From NCBI RefSeq assembly GCF_030145145.1, contig NZ_JAQYWD010000004.1:116622-140621 (forward strand): a stretch of 24,000 bases of DNA, given 5' to 3'. The notes below the pieces were generated by a model. That model worked only from the letters and a program-made list of their open reading frames with translations. It did not search any database and was not told the DNA's origin. The DNA comes from Desulfobacula sp. Lineage in GTDB: Bacteria > Desulfobacterota > Desulfobacteria > Desulfobacterales > Desulfobacteraceae. Positions 8,135-17,264 of the stretch are shown piece after piece (position 1 is the stretch's first letter; each line of letters starts with the position of its first letter). A program made the position numbers and the translations under genes.

Positions 8135-8199
8135 TGGCACTTTTTACCCGTCTGGTCATGAAATAGTGATAAAAAGCACAATAAAAAAAGCCTGACCCC
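8117..8199. repeat. Long-stem palindromic intergenic repeat element, copy 1
   Basis: Perfect 13-bp terminal inverted repeat GGGGTCAGGCTTT (8117-8129) / AAAGCCTGACCCC (8187-8199), extending imperfectly to about 30 nt per arm. It shares its termini and the internal blocks G-N-CACTTTT and AAAAGCACAATAA with the copy at 20128-20217. Confidence 0.6.
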
Positions 8200-8211
8200 G
8201 TCAAACTTGAG

Positions 8212-10047
8212 TTAATACATGGCTTCGATCAAGTCTTTAAAGGCCTTGTTGACGAATTTTCGTTTGATTTTCATGGTGGGGGTCACCTCCCCGTCTTCTT
8301 CGTACAGCCGCTTGGGCAGAAGGGTAAATTTTCTGATCTGTTCCACCCGGGCAAGGGTTTCATTGACGTTTTTGACCTCCCGGTCAATCAGGGCAATCAC
8401 CTGTTCGTTAGCGGTCAGGTCCTTATAGGTTGAAAACTGGACCTTGTTATCCTGGGCAAACTTCATTACATTGTCATCATCGATCATGACCAGGCAGGAT
8501 AAAAATTTCCGCCTGTCCCCGATGACCACGGCATCATTGATGTAAACACTTGCCTTGAGCTTGTTTTCAATATACTGGGGGGTAATATTTTTACCCCCTG
8601 CCGTAACGATAATGTCTTTTTTGCGGTCGGTAATTTTTAAAAACCCTTCCGCATCCATCTCCCCTACATCTCCTGTATACAGCCAGCCATCCTTAATGGT
8701 TTCAGCCGTTGCATCATCCGCCTTATAATATCCCTTAAACACCCCGGGAGACCGGACCAGGATTTCGCCGTCCTTGGCAATCTTTATCATGACCCCGTCA
8801 AGGGCCCTGCCCACGGTGCCAAACCGCGTCATTTTTTCCGGAGAAAGGGTGGTGACACCGGTTCCCTCGGTCTGGCCATATCCCTCGATCAGGTTCATTC
8901 CAATGGACTGGAAAAACCGCAGCACCTCTTTTGAAATGGGTGCGGCCCCGGAAATCGCTACCCGGATGTTTTCAAAGCCCAGCCGCTCTTTCAGCTTTCT
9001 GAAGACAACCAGCCAGGCCACGGCGTAAGCCCCTTTGAGGAAAAGATTGACCGACGTTGAATTCATGATCCGATCGGCCCGCTTTTCGCCAATTCCCAGG
9101 GCCATATTGAAAACAACCCGCTTGAACCATGTGGCATCTGCCATTTTGATCATGATATTGGAATAATATTTTTCCCAAATTCGTGGAACCGCATATCCTA
9201 TGGTGGGGGAGACTTCCATCATATTTTGCATGACCGTATCCGGTTTTTCCACAAAATTAACCGTATACACAAATTTTATATGGATAAACACAGTGAAAAG
9301 CCGTTCAAAAATATGGCACAACGGCAGAAAAGACAAGACATTGTCTGCCATGTCTATCCGGATGGTCTGGTCCACTGCACCAGCCATCCAGGTGACATTT
9401 TTATGGGTGAGCATGGCCCCTTTGGGCGGCCCTGTGGTTCCGGAGGTATAAATAATCACGGCCGGATCATCCGGGGTAACCCTGGCCTGCCGGTCAACAA
9501 ACAATGTGGCATGGGCTTCATCCGCCTGGTGACCCTTTTCCAGCAACTGATCAAAGGTCATGACCATGGGATCGGTGAAGGTGTTCAATCCCTTGGTATC
9601 CCATACGATGACTTTTTTCAGCAATGGTGAGGTCTCCCGGAACATCAACCACTTGTCCAGCTGCTCTTCATTTTCCACAAACAAAAACCGGGCATCGCTG
9701 TGATTGACCACATACGCCACCTGCTGCCAGGCGTTGGTGGCATAAATTCCCACGGATACGCCACCCACACACTGAATCCCCAGATCGGCCATCACCCATT
9801 CCATGCTGTTGTCACCAATGATACCGACACAGTCCCCTTGCTCAAGGCCCATGGATACAAGGGCACACCCGATTTTTTTGGCCTTATCATGATATGCCTG
9901 CCAGGTAATCTCCTGCCAGAGTCCAATATTTTTTCTCCGCAGGGCTATCTTTGAGCCATGCTGGGCAACCGTCCGGTTAAACACCTGGGGAACGGTCTCA
10001 AATTGGATCTCTACCGGTTTCACCGCCATGCTTTCTTCCTTTTCCAT
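8212..10047 (-). CDS. Long-chain acyl-CoA synthetase (AMP-forming, FAA1/COG1022 type)
   Basis: 611 aa with the AMP-binding signature IIYTSGTTGPPKGAMLTHKN and the GYGQTEG and TGD...DRKKD motifs. An alternative start at 10029 (MAVKPVE) is preceded by AAGGAAG. It overlaps the upstream ABC ATPase gene end. Confidence 0.9.
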   Translation of the reverse strand: MEKEESMAVKPVEIQFETVPQVFNRTVAQHGSKIALRRKNIGLWQEITWQAYHDKAKKIGCALVSMGLEQGDCVGIIGDNSMEWVMADLGIQCVGGVSVGIYATNAWQQVAYVVNHSDARFLFVENEEQLDKWLMFRETSPLLKKVIVWDTKGLNTFTDPMVMTFDQLLEKGHQADEAHATLFVDRQARVTPDDPAVIIYTSGTTGPPKGAMLTHKNVTWMAGAVDQTIRIDMADNVLSFLPLCHIFERLFTVFIHIKFVYTVNFVEKPDTVMQNMMEVSPTIGYAVPRIWEKYYSNIMIKMADATWFKRVVFNMALGIGEKRADRIMNSTSVNLFLKGAYAVAWLVVFRKLKERLGFENIRVAISGAAPISKEVLRFFQSIGMNLIEGYGQTEGTGVTTLSPEKMTRFGTVGRALDGVMIKIAKDGEILVRSPGVFKGYYKADDATAETIKDGWLYTGDVGEMDAEGFLKITDRKKDIIVTAGGKNITPQYIENKLKASVYINDAVVIGDRRKFLSCLVMIDDDNVMKFAQDNKVQFSTYKDLTANEQVIALIDREVKNVNETLARVEQIRKFTLLPKRLYEEDGEVTPTMKIKRKFVNKAFKDLIEAMY

Positions 10048-10796
10048 CGCTGGTAGCCTTTGGCTGATGTTTCAGATTTTATGCCAAGATAAAACTCTTT
10101 GACATCCTTATCCTCCAGAAGATCTGTTGAGTTGCCTTTCATCACAAACCGGCCGTTTTCAAGGATCAGGCCGGTACCGGATATGGACAGCGCCATATTT
10201 GCATTCTGTTCCACCAGGAGAATGGTGGTGCCTGTCAAATTTATCTCCCGGATAATGGCAAATATCTCTTTGACCAGGATAGGGGACAGGCCCAGGGAGG
10301 GTTCGTCCAGAATCATCAGTCGGGGCCTGAGCATCAATGCCCTGCCAATGGCCAGCATCTGCTGTTCCCCGCCGGAAAGTGTCCCGGCCCACTGGTGGGT
10401 TCTCTGCTTTAAAACCGGAAAATACGCAAACACCTTTTCAATGTCCTGTTTCACCCCTGGGGTATCTTTCCTCAGATACGCCCCCATCAACAGATGTTCG
10501 TGGACAGTAAGTTCTTCAAAAATCTCCCGGCCTTCCGGCACGTAGGCAATGCCTTTCCGGACGATCTCATCCGTATCCCGGTTCTGGATGGGTACCCCGT
10601 CAAATTCAATGACGCCCTTTTCCGGCTGGTCTTTTATCAACGCCATAATGGTCTTTAGAATCGTTGATTTCCCTGCACCGTTATTGCCCAGGATGGCGGT
10701 GATACTGCCCTCTTCCACCGCAAAAGACGCCCCCCGGATGGCATAGACCAGATCATAATAGGTCTCGATATTTTTGACTTCCAGCAACGCTGTCAT
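10020..10796 (-). CDS. livF: Branched-chain amino acid-type ABC transporter ATP-binding protein (LivF-like)
   Basis: Walker A GNNGAGKST, signature LSGGEQQML, Walker B LMILDEPS. The C-terminal extension is basic. Confidence 0.85.
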   Translation of the reverse strand: MTALLEVKNIETYYDLVYAIRGASFAVEEGSITAILGNNGAGKSTILKTIMALIKDQPEKGVIEFDGVPIQNRDTDEIVRKGIAYVPEGREIFEELTVHEHLLMGAYLRKDTPGVKQDIEKVFAYFPVLKQRTHQWAGTLSGGEQQMLAIGRALMLRPRLMILDEPSLGLSPILVKEIFAIIREINLTGTTILLVEQNANMALSISGTGLILENGRFVMKGNSTDLLEDKDVKEFYLGIKSETSAKGYQRWKRKKAWR

Positions 10797-11578
10797 ACCT
10801 GCTTTTCCTCTCCGATATAGGCTTTCAGGACTTCCGTGTTCTGCTGAACCTGTTCAGGAGTGCCCAGGGTAACCTGCTTTCCAAAATTAATGGCCAGAAC
10901 CCGGGTTGAAATATCCATGACCATTTTCATATCATGCTCAATGAGCAGAATGGATACCCCCAGGTCATCCTGGATATCCTTTATCCAGAAGATCATATCC
11001 TGTTTTTCCTCTGAATTCATTCCCGCACAGGGTTCATCCAGCAGGAGCAGCTCCGGCTCCAGGGCCAGGGCCCTCCCCAATTCAATCAATTTCTGGGTGC
11101 CATAGGGAAGCCCCCCCACAAACGTATCCCGCACATTCTGCAGTTCAAGGAAATCGATAATCCGTTCCACCCGTTCGCGATGCCGGGTTTCTTCTCTGCC
11201 GGCAAATGACGACTTTCCCCACATGACCATTCCCCTGAAAAGTCCTGTTTTCATATGGATATGGCGGCCCAGCAGGATATTTTCCATGGTGTTCATGTGG
11301 GAAAAAAGTTCTATGTTCTGGAAGGTCCGGGCAATGCCCATCCGGGCAATGGCATCGGGTTTTTTGTTTTCAATGGCGGTTTCCTTAAACCGGATACTTC
11401 CCTGATCCGGTTGATACAGACCGGAGATACAATTGAAAAGGGTGGTCTTTCCTGCCCCATTGGGACCGATCACGGAAAAAATCTCACCCTTGTTCATGGT
11501 AAAACCGATATCCTGGAGGGCCTTTATCCCGCCAAAGGAAATAGACAGGTGGTCAACCCGGAAAAAAGGCGCCCCCAT
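10793..11578 (-). CDS. livG: Branched-chain amino acid-type ABC transporter ATP-binding protein (LivG-like)
   Basis: Walker A GPNGAGKTT, LPYGTQKLIELGRAL, Walker B LLLLDEPCAG. The ORF track extends to 11680, but that part overlaps the upstream binding-protein gene. The ATG at 11578 (MGAPFFRVDHLSISFGG) lies 1 nt after that gene's stop and gives a typical LivG N-terminus. Confidence 0.88.
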   Translation of the reverse strand: MGAPFFRVDHLSISFGGIKALQDIGFTMNKGEIFSVIGPNGAGKTTLFNCISGLYQPDQGSIRFKETAIENKKPDAIARMGIARTFQNIELFSHMNTMENILLGRHIHMKTGLFRGMVMWGKSSFAGREETRHRERVERIIDFLELQNVRDTFVGGLPYGTQKLIELGRALALEPELLLLDEPCAGMNSEEKQDMIFWIKDIQDDLGVSILLIEHDMKMVMDISTRVLAINFGKQVTLGTPEQVQQNTEVLKAYIGEEKQV

Positions 11579-11579
11579 T

Positions 11580-12776
11580 CTACTTGATATCCATCCAATC
11601 GGTGAGCCTTTTTGCTTTTCCCCCGGCCAGGCACTGCAGCAAAAAGGTCTGGGATGCCCCCTGCCGGGAATACATATCATTCTTGTTGTAGGGTTTGTAA
11701 CTGACTTCCGGACCGATCCCCTTGAATCCGCTTATACTTTCCATGGCCGTAATAAAATTTTCCCGGGTCAAATCCCGACCGCACCGTTTCAATCCTTCAA
11801 TCATGGGCTCAGTAAAAATAATGCCCGCATAATAAAAAACCCCCCATCTTTCGCCCTTGGCAGCATAGGTATCAAACACTTCTTTTTTATACTTATTGAG
11901 CAACGGATACCCTGACTCCGGCAATTCGCCCAGTGTTGCCGTAATGACCCCTTCCCAGAGCCCTTTTGTGATATGCATCATGAAGGGAAAGTCCGATGTG
12001 GTGCTGGTGCTCATGAATTGCGGGGCAAACTTCATGGCCTTGCTGATACCGACAATCCTTGCAGAATGGGGCACTGTTGTCCACATTAAGACCATGTCCG
12101 GTTTGGCTTTTCTCAACTTCATGACATGGGGTTTAAGGTCGGAGTCCTTGGCTTCCATGGAGACCTGGGCCACGGCTTTCAGCCCATGGGCCTTTAATTC
12201 GGCGAGCGCCCCCCGCAGCCCGTTTTTTCCATATTCATCATTGAGGTAAGCAATGGCCACCCGTTTTTTGCCCATGGTCTCAATGGCATATTTTACCAGG
12301 GCCTTTGCCTCACCCACATACAGCGGATATACGGCAAACAGATTTTTCTGGGGCGGATTTACCCAGTGCATGGACCCTGCGGCCGGACCGACCCAGGGCA
12401 CATTTCTTTTGGCCAGGTAATCACGAACCGACAAACCCGGAGAGGTGCCCACACCGCAGGCCCAGGCAAATATACCGGTGCCTTCCTGGAGTTCTTTCAC
12501 CCCGGCCTTTGTCTTGGCCGGATTATATCCGTCATCAAACATGTGATAGACGATTTTCCGGCCATGGATACCGCCATTGTCATTGATCCATTTAAAATAA
12601 TCACCGGTCCCCCTGGCCACATTCCCCCAGGCCGCTGCAGGACCGCTCTGGGGACCCCACTGCCCGAGATGAATTTCCGTATCCGTCACCCCCTCTTCTG
12701 CAAAAAGATCCGGGGTAAAACTCAGTAAAATGGCAAAAAAAACAAATAAAGTAAGCAATAATTTTTTTTTCATCAT
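11580..12776 (-). CDS. ABC transporter periplasmic substrate-binding protein (Leu/Ile/Val-binding-protein family)
   Basis: 398 aa with the signal peptide MMKKKLLLTLFVFFAILLSFTPDLFA. The type-I periplasmic binding fold is suggested by GPAAAWGN...DDGYNPAKT... and by its position in a Liv-type operon. Confidence 0.88.
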   Translation of the reverse strand: MMKKKLLLTLFVFFAILLSFTPDLFAEEGVTDTEIHLGQWGPQSGPAAAWGNVARGTGDYFKWINDNGGIHGRKIVYHMFDDGYNPAKTKAGVKELQEGTGIFAWACGVGTSPGLSVRDYLAKRNVPWVGPAAGSMHWVNPPQKNLFAVYPLYVGEAKALVKYAIETMGKKRVAIAYLNDEYGKNGLRGALAELKAHGLKAVAQVSMEAKDSDLKPHVMKLRKAKPDMVLMWTTVPHSARIVGISKAMKFAPQFMSTSTTSDFPFMMHITKGLWEGVITATLGELPESGYPLLNKYKKEVFDTYAAKGERWGVFYYAGIIFTEPMIEGLKRCGRDLTRENFITAMESISGFKGIGPEVSYKPYNKNDMYSRQGASQTFLLQCLAGGKAKRLTDWMDIK

Positions 12777-12840
12777 GTCCTCCTTTTTAAATGATCATGG
12801 GTTTATATCATGTTCCTTATTCCCTGATAAACGGCCCTGA

Positions 12841-13716
12841 CTATACCTTTTTCACATAATGCCTGGCAAAAAGGCCACTGGGTCTAATACACAGCACCAG
12901 TACAATGATGACAAACGCCACCACGGTCTTAAACTCGATGGAGACATACCCGCCAAACAGATTTTCAATAATCCCCAGCAGATAGGCCGCCACCACCGCA
13001 CCGGGCAAAGAGGTCATCCCGCCCATGACGGCTGCGGCAAATCCCTTGAGCATGGGATCCCACATCATGTAAGGGTGCATGATGGTCGGGGAAATCAACA
13101 GCCCGGCCACAGCCCCGACAAGGGATGAAATCCCCCAGGTTATCATCAAAATGCGATTTGTCCTGATGCCCACAATTTGTGCCGCCACACGGTTTTGCTG
13201 GGTGGCTTTCATGGCCAGCCCCAGCTTGGTAAATTTAAAAAACAGGAAGAGAACGATCATCAGCAATAATGCCGCCACCAATGTCAGGACTTCAAGCTTA
13301 CTGATAAAGATATCCCGGATGATTAAACTGTCATAGGGCCCTATGGGAAAGGGCATGGTCTTTTGTTCGGCCCCGAATTTCCATGACACAAATCCTAAAA
13401 GGATCATCTCGATACCAATGGTGATAACAATCATCCCAAGGACATTGGGTTCTTTTGCCCGCCGGAGGATAGCAAATTCCAGGAAACACCCCAGTAAAAC
13501 GGCAAACACAAGGGTGAAAAAAAAGGCCAGGTACACTGACAGGTGAAAAGAGGTGAGGAGCATCATGGCAAAAAAGGACGAAATCAGGGCCATTTCCCCC
13601 TGGGCAAAATTCGGCACTTCAGATGTTTTATAAATAATGACCATGGCCAGTCCCATCAATGCATAGGAGCTTCCCACGGCAATGCCGCTGACAATCATCT
13701 GGATAAAATCTATCAT
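12841..13716 (-). CDS. livH: Branched-chain amino acid-type ABC transporter permease (LivH-like)
   Basis: 291 aa polytopic membrane protein. The N-terminus MIDFIQMIVSGIAVGSSYALMGLAMVIIYKTSEVPNFAQGEM is typical of LivH. Confidence 0.88.
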   Translation of the reverse strand: MIDFIQMIVSGIAVGSSYALMGLAMVIIYKTSEVPNFAQGEMALISSFFAMMLLTSFHLSVYLAFFFTLVFAVLLGCFLEFAILRRAKEPNVLGMIVITIGIEMILLGFVSWKFGAEQKTMPFPIGPYDSLIIRDIFISKLEVLTLVAALLLMIVLFLFFKFTKLGLAMKATQQNRVAAQIVGIRTNRILMITWGISSLVGAVAGLLISPTIMHPYMMWDPMLKGFAAAVMGGMTSLPGAVVAAYLLGIIENLFGGYVSIEFKTVVAFVIIVLVLCIRPSGLFARHYVKKV

Positions 13717-13807
13717 TCAGGCTCCTTTTATCTGAAAAACCGGTTACGCCTTGACATCAAGCGTCTTTCATATTTTGTTGTCACAGGGTGACCTGCCATG
13801 GCCGGTA

Positions 13808-14857
13808 TTAAAACGGCCAGGTTCGCCAGTATTTTTTCGTTCGAATCCATACGCCATAGAGCCCCAGGGGTTCAAACAGCATGATCAGGACCATGATGGA
13901 CCCAAACACAATAAACTGGATATTCGAGACACCGGTGATGGAAAACCAATTTTGAGAAAGGGTTTCCAGCCAGTCCCCGATATAGGGAATATCCAGAATA
14001 TTCCGTAATTTCAGGTCCAGCCAGCAAAGCAATGCAGCACCGGCTATGGAACCCATCATGGACCCTAAGCCGCCCACCACCACCATGGCCAGAAACATAA
14101 TGGACATCATCAGGGTGAAAATTTCAGGTTCAATAAACTTTAAGACAAAGGCATACAAACCACCGGCCATACCGGCATAAAAAGCACTGACGGCAAAGGC
14201 CAGGGTTTTATAATACACGATATTCACCCCCATGGTCTGGGCGGCGATATCGGCGTCCCGGATGGCAATAAATGCCCGTCCCACCCGTGTCTTGATAAGG
14301 TTCCGCATGAACAGCAGCAACAGAATGGTCAGGGTAATCAACAGAAAATAAAACTCTTTATCCGTATCCAGAACCCAGGAACCAATGATAATGTCCGGTG
14401 CATGGAGACCTTCCCTGCCACCGAAAATCTCCATCCGGCCGATGATCTGGGTAATGGTCAATCCAAACCCCAGTGTGGCAATGGCCAGGTAGGGTCCCTC
14501 AAGCCGGAGGGCCGGCAGTCCCAGTAAAAACCCAAACCCGGCGGCAACAAGAGCGGCACATGGCAGGGCCAGGAGAAAAGGAACGCCTGCCTTGGCCATC
14601 AGAATAATCGTGCCATAGGCACCAATGGCAAAAAAACCGGCATGACCCAGGGAAATCTGACCGGTATAGCCGACCAGAAGGTTCAGGCCGGTTGCCACGA
14701 TAATATTAATGGCAATATAGTTGGCCACATACACATAATAATTGTCTACAAACAAGGGAAAAAGATAAAGAGATACTATCAAGACAACAAACCAGAAAAT
14801 AACGACCGGTGAGGACAAAAGCTGTATATCCTCATAATACTCTCTTTTCATATCCAT
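13808..14857 (-). CDS. livM: Branched-chain amino acid-type ABC transporter permease (LivM-like)
   Basis: Polytopic membrane protein with the LivM signature GYTGQISLGHAGFFAIGAYG. The ORF track start at 14881 is a TTG. The ATG at 14857 (MDMKREYY) is preceded by AAGGA at suitable spacing, so I chose it. Confidence 0.88.
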   Translation of the reverse strand: MDMKREYYEDIQLLSSPVVIFWFVVLIVSLYLFPLFVDNYYVYVANYIAINIIVATGLNLLVGYTGQISLGHAGFFAIGAYGTIILMAKAGVPFLLALPCAALVAAGFGFLLGLPALRLEGPYLAIATLGFGLTITQIIGRMEIFGGREGLHAPDIIIGSWVLDTDKEFYFLLITLTILLLLFMRNLIKTRVGRAFIAIRDADIAAQTMGVNIVYYKTLAFAVSAFYAGMAGGLYAFVLKFIEPEIFTLMMSIMFLAMVVVGGLGSMMGSIAGAALLCWLDLKLRNILDIPYIGDWLETLSQNWFSITGVSNIQFIVFGSIMVLIMLFEPLGLYGVWIRTKKYWRTWPF

Positions 14858-15273
14858 GGAAAACAATCCTTTTATGGTCAATGGCCGGATAAAACGATCT
14901 ATATTACTACTTATTTTTAAGCTTATGGGTTGTCAAGCAAAAAGAAAAGAAGCTTCAAATAATAAACAAGGTTTAGATTTCGCATATTCAGCGAAAAAAT
15001 ATCGTCACCTGGAAAATCGCCTGGGATGACCTGTCTTTTTGATGGGCCCATTAATTCCTTGACAGATGAAATAATTATCAATAAACTATAATAAACGTTG
15101 TATTTCATTTCTCATTGATCTCATTCATTTGAACCGTCTGACGATTTTAATGTTTCGTTCTATGTGCGATATGCTCGCATTTGTTTCAGACCATTTGTTT
15201 TCATTTAGTGTAAATTCGTCATTGTTTAAAAACACAATAGTGTTATCCGCTCTATAATTTTAAGGAGAGACAG

Positions 15274-16542
15274 ATGAAATCATTTGCAACAATTCTAATT
15301 CTAATCATTTTTTCATTGGGATTTTGGGCCTGCAGCAGTGAGCCGGTGGTTGATATTGCCGCCATAACATCCCAGCCAAAAGGCTTTGTGGGTTCCGACA
15401 CATGCAAAATGTGCCATCTGGAGCATTTTGATTCCTGGAAGATGACCCTGCACAGCCGCATGCTTCAGGATGCAAAAGCCAACGAGGATGCCATTATTGT
15501 TCCCATAGACGAAAAAACCATCCGCGGGGACCTGGCTAAACTCAGTGACAAACTAAAGGTTCCGGCCGATAAAATTTATGTACCGAAAAAAGAGGAGATC
15601 CTCTACACCATCGGCAGTCAATGGAAGCAACGATACCTGGTGAAAAAGAATGATATCTTGTATATTTCGCCCATTCAGTACAATGCCGATACCCACCGGT
15701 GGGTCAATTACCATGAGCAGGACTGGGACAAAAGACCCTGGCTGTTAAAATGCGGGGGCTGCCACGCAACGGGCGCGGATATTGCGAACGGCACCTTCAA
15801 AGAGCCCGGAGTTGCCTGTGAGGCCTGTCACGGAAAAGGATCATGGCACGCAGCGCTCCCAAAAACTGCGGTGTTTGAAAAACGAAATACCATCGTCAAC
15901 CCGGCCAAACTGACCATGGGGGTGGCTGCACAAATCTGCGGATCCTGCCATAACCGGGGCAAGGCAACCATGCAAAAAGGCGGGGGATGGCCGGTGGGGT
16001 ATGAGCCGGGCAAGGCCCTTGCCGCCTATTATGAATCAACTTCCTTTGAGGCAGGGGATGTAAAACATGTCTATGCCAACGAATTTTCCAAAGGACATCA
16101 TCAGCAATTTATTGACTGGCAGCAGTCCAAGCATTCAACAGAAGGTGTCACTTGTACCTCCTGCCACTATGTTCACCAGATCGGCATGCCCCAGACCCGG
16201 TCACAAACATCAAAATCCGGTTCCATGCAATGTTTTCAGTGTCATGTACAGGTGAATACCAACATGGCCCATTCCATCCACTCGTTTGCCAATTGTGTTG
16301 GCTGCCACATGCCAAGAATCGCCAAGAGTGCTGAATCCGGGGATATTCGCAGCCATGTTTTCGTCACCCTGCTGCCGGAAGATACCCTGAAGAACCCAAA
16401 GGTGCCCAACTCGTGCCAGACCTGTCACAAGCATAAAAATGATGATTTACAGGAACTTCAGTCCAACTGGAAAAAACTGGCAACCCTTCCGAAACCAGTG
16501 GGTAAGGCCATAGATCCTGTTGAATACAGGTATACGCGGTAA
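15274..16542 (+). CDS. Octaheme c-type cytochrome, probable lipoprotein
   Basis: Eight CXXCH motifs: CKMCH, CGGCH, CEACH, CGSCH, CTSCH, CFQCH, CVGCH, CQTCH. The signal peptide carries a lipobox-like LGFWAC. HHQQFIDWQQSKHSTEGVTCTSCH and CVGCHMP resemble blocks of the NrfA/Otr/HAO multiheme superfamily, though that family placement is tentative. Confidence 0.9.
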   Translation: MKSFATILILIIFSLGFWACSSEPVVDIAAITSQPKGFVGSDTCKMCHLEHFDSWKMTLHSRMLQDAKANEDAIIVPIDEKTIRGDLAKLSDKLKVPADKIYVPKKEEILYTIGSQWKQRYLVKKNDILYISPIQYNADTHRWVNYHEQDWDKRPWLLKCGGCHATGADIANGTFKEPGVACEACHGKGSWHAALPKTAVFEKRNTIVNPAKLTMGVAAQICGSCHNRGKATMQKGGGWPVGYEPGKALAAYYESTSFEAGDVKHVYANEFSKGHHQQFIDWQQSKHSTEGVTCTSCHYVHQIGMPQTRSQTSKSGSMQCFQCHVQVNTNMAHSIHSFANCVGCHMPRIAKSAESGDIRSHVFVTLLPEDTLKNPKVPNSCQTCHKHKNDDLQELQSNWKKLATLPKPVGKAIDPVEYRYTR

Positions 16543-16559
16543 CCGCACAGGGGGCTGAT

Positions 16560-17264
16560 ATGACGCTTAAACATATAATTTTTAAACCCCTCATATGCTT
16601 TGCACTCCCCATGGTAACATGTGTGTTCATTGTATCCGGTATAGGCTGGGGACAGGAGGAGACAGCCTCCTTCATTAGGCGGTATAAACAATATGAAGTG
16701 AGCTCCGGTTATTATGAACAATACGAAGTCAAGCCTCGTCACGAGCGGCCCTTTGTAGAGATACCAGGTGTTCGAACCGGACGGTTTCCCTATAGTCCTT
16801 CAGGGGCTGCTGTCAGGTTCAATGCCCGGCGGGCGGATGCCCACCAGGGCATCCGGTTTTATGAAAACCGGCGGTGCGAAGACTGCCATATGGCCCAAAC
16901 TCTTGATCTGCATACGATCAGGGCAAACCTCACCTGTCGACAATGCCATGGGGGGGAACCCATTGCCAACAATGATCATTATTTTTCACCCATGAACCCC
17001 ATCAGACGGCATGCATATGTGTGTTCAAAATGTCACCAGGGGGCAAGTGCCGCTTATTCAGCCTATGTGATACATGAACCCAACCCGTCTCTGATGGCTA
17101 CCCAGGAATCATTTCCGGTCCTGTTTTATGCGTTCTGGATCATGATTGGCATTGCTGTGGGGACCTTTGCTGTATTCCTTCCCCATACGATTTTATGGGG
17201 GATTCGTGAACTGTTTTTCAAAAAGGAAACAACCGTGGAGGCGCCCCATGAAAAACAGACTTAA
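16560..17264 (+). CDS. Triheme c-type cytochrome with a C-terminal membrane anchor
   Basis: Three CXXCH motifs (CEDCH, CRQCH, CSKCH). There is an N-terminal signal-like hydrophobic segment and a C-terminal TM helix (FPVLFYAFWIMIGIAVGTFAVFL). An SD-like AGGGGG precedes the ATG. Confidence 0.8.
   Translation: MTLKHIIFKPLICFALPMVTCVFIVSGIGWGQEETASFIRRYKQYEVSSGYYEQYEVKPRHERPFVEIPGVRTGRFPYSPSGAAVRFNARRADAHQGIRFYENRRCEDCHMAQTLDLHTIRANLTCRQCHGGEPIANNDHYFSPMNPIRRHAYVCSKCHQGASAAYSAYVIHEPNPSLMATQESFPVLFYAFWIMIGIAVGTFAVFLPHTILWGIRELFFKKETTVEAPHEKQT

Noticed and set aside
8111-8161. A 16-codon mini-ORF (MLGVRLSLWHFLPVWS) in the hgcB-ligase intergenic region.
   Set aside because: It has no RBS and lies within the palindromic repeat arms, so it is most likely fortuitous.
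15059-15092. A possible sigma70 promoter for the cytochrome operon (TTGACA at 15059-15064 with TAAACT at 15082-15087, or TATAAT at 15087-15092).
   Set aside because: The good -10 (TATAAT) is 22 nt from the -35, which is too far. The correctly spaced -10 is only a 4/6 match. The evidence is too ambiguous to call without transcript start data.
14923-15108. A 61-aa minus-strand ORF in the AT-rich divergent intergenic region.
   Set aside because: It has no RBS and a low-complexity Leu/Ile/Lys-rich sequence. It lies in what is more plausibly the shared promoter region of the ABC operon and the cytochrome operon.
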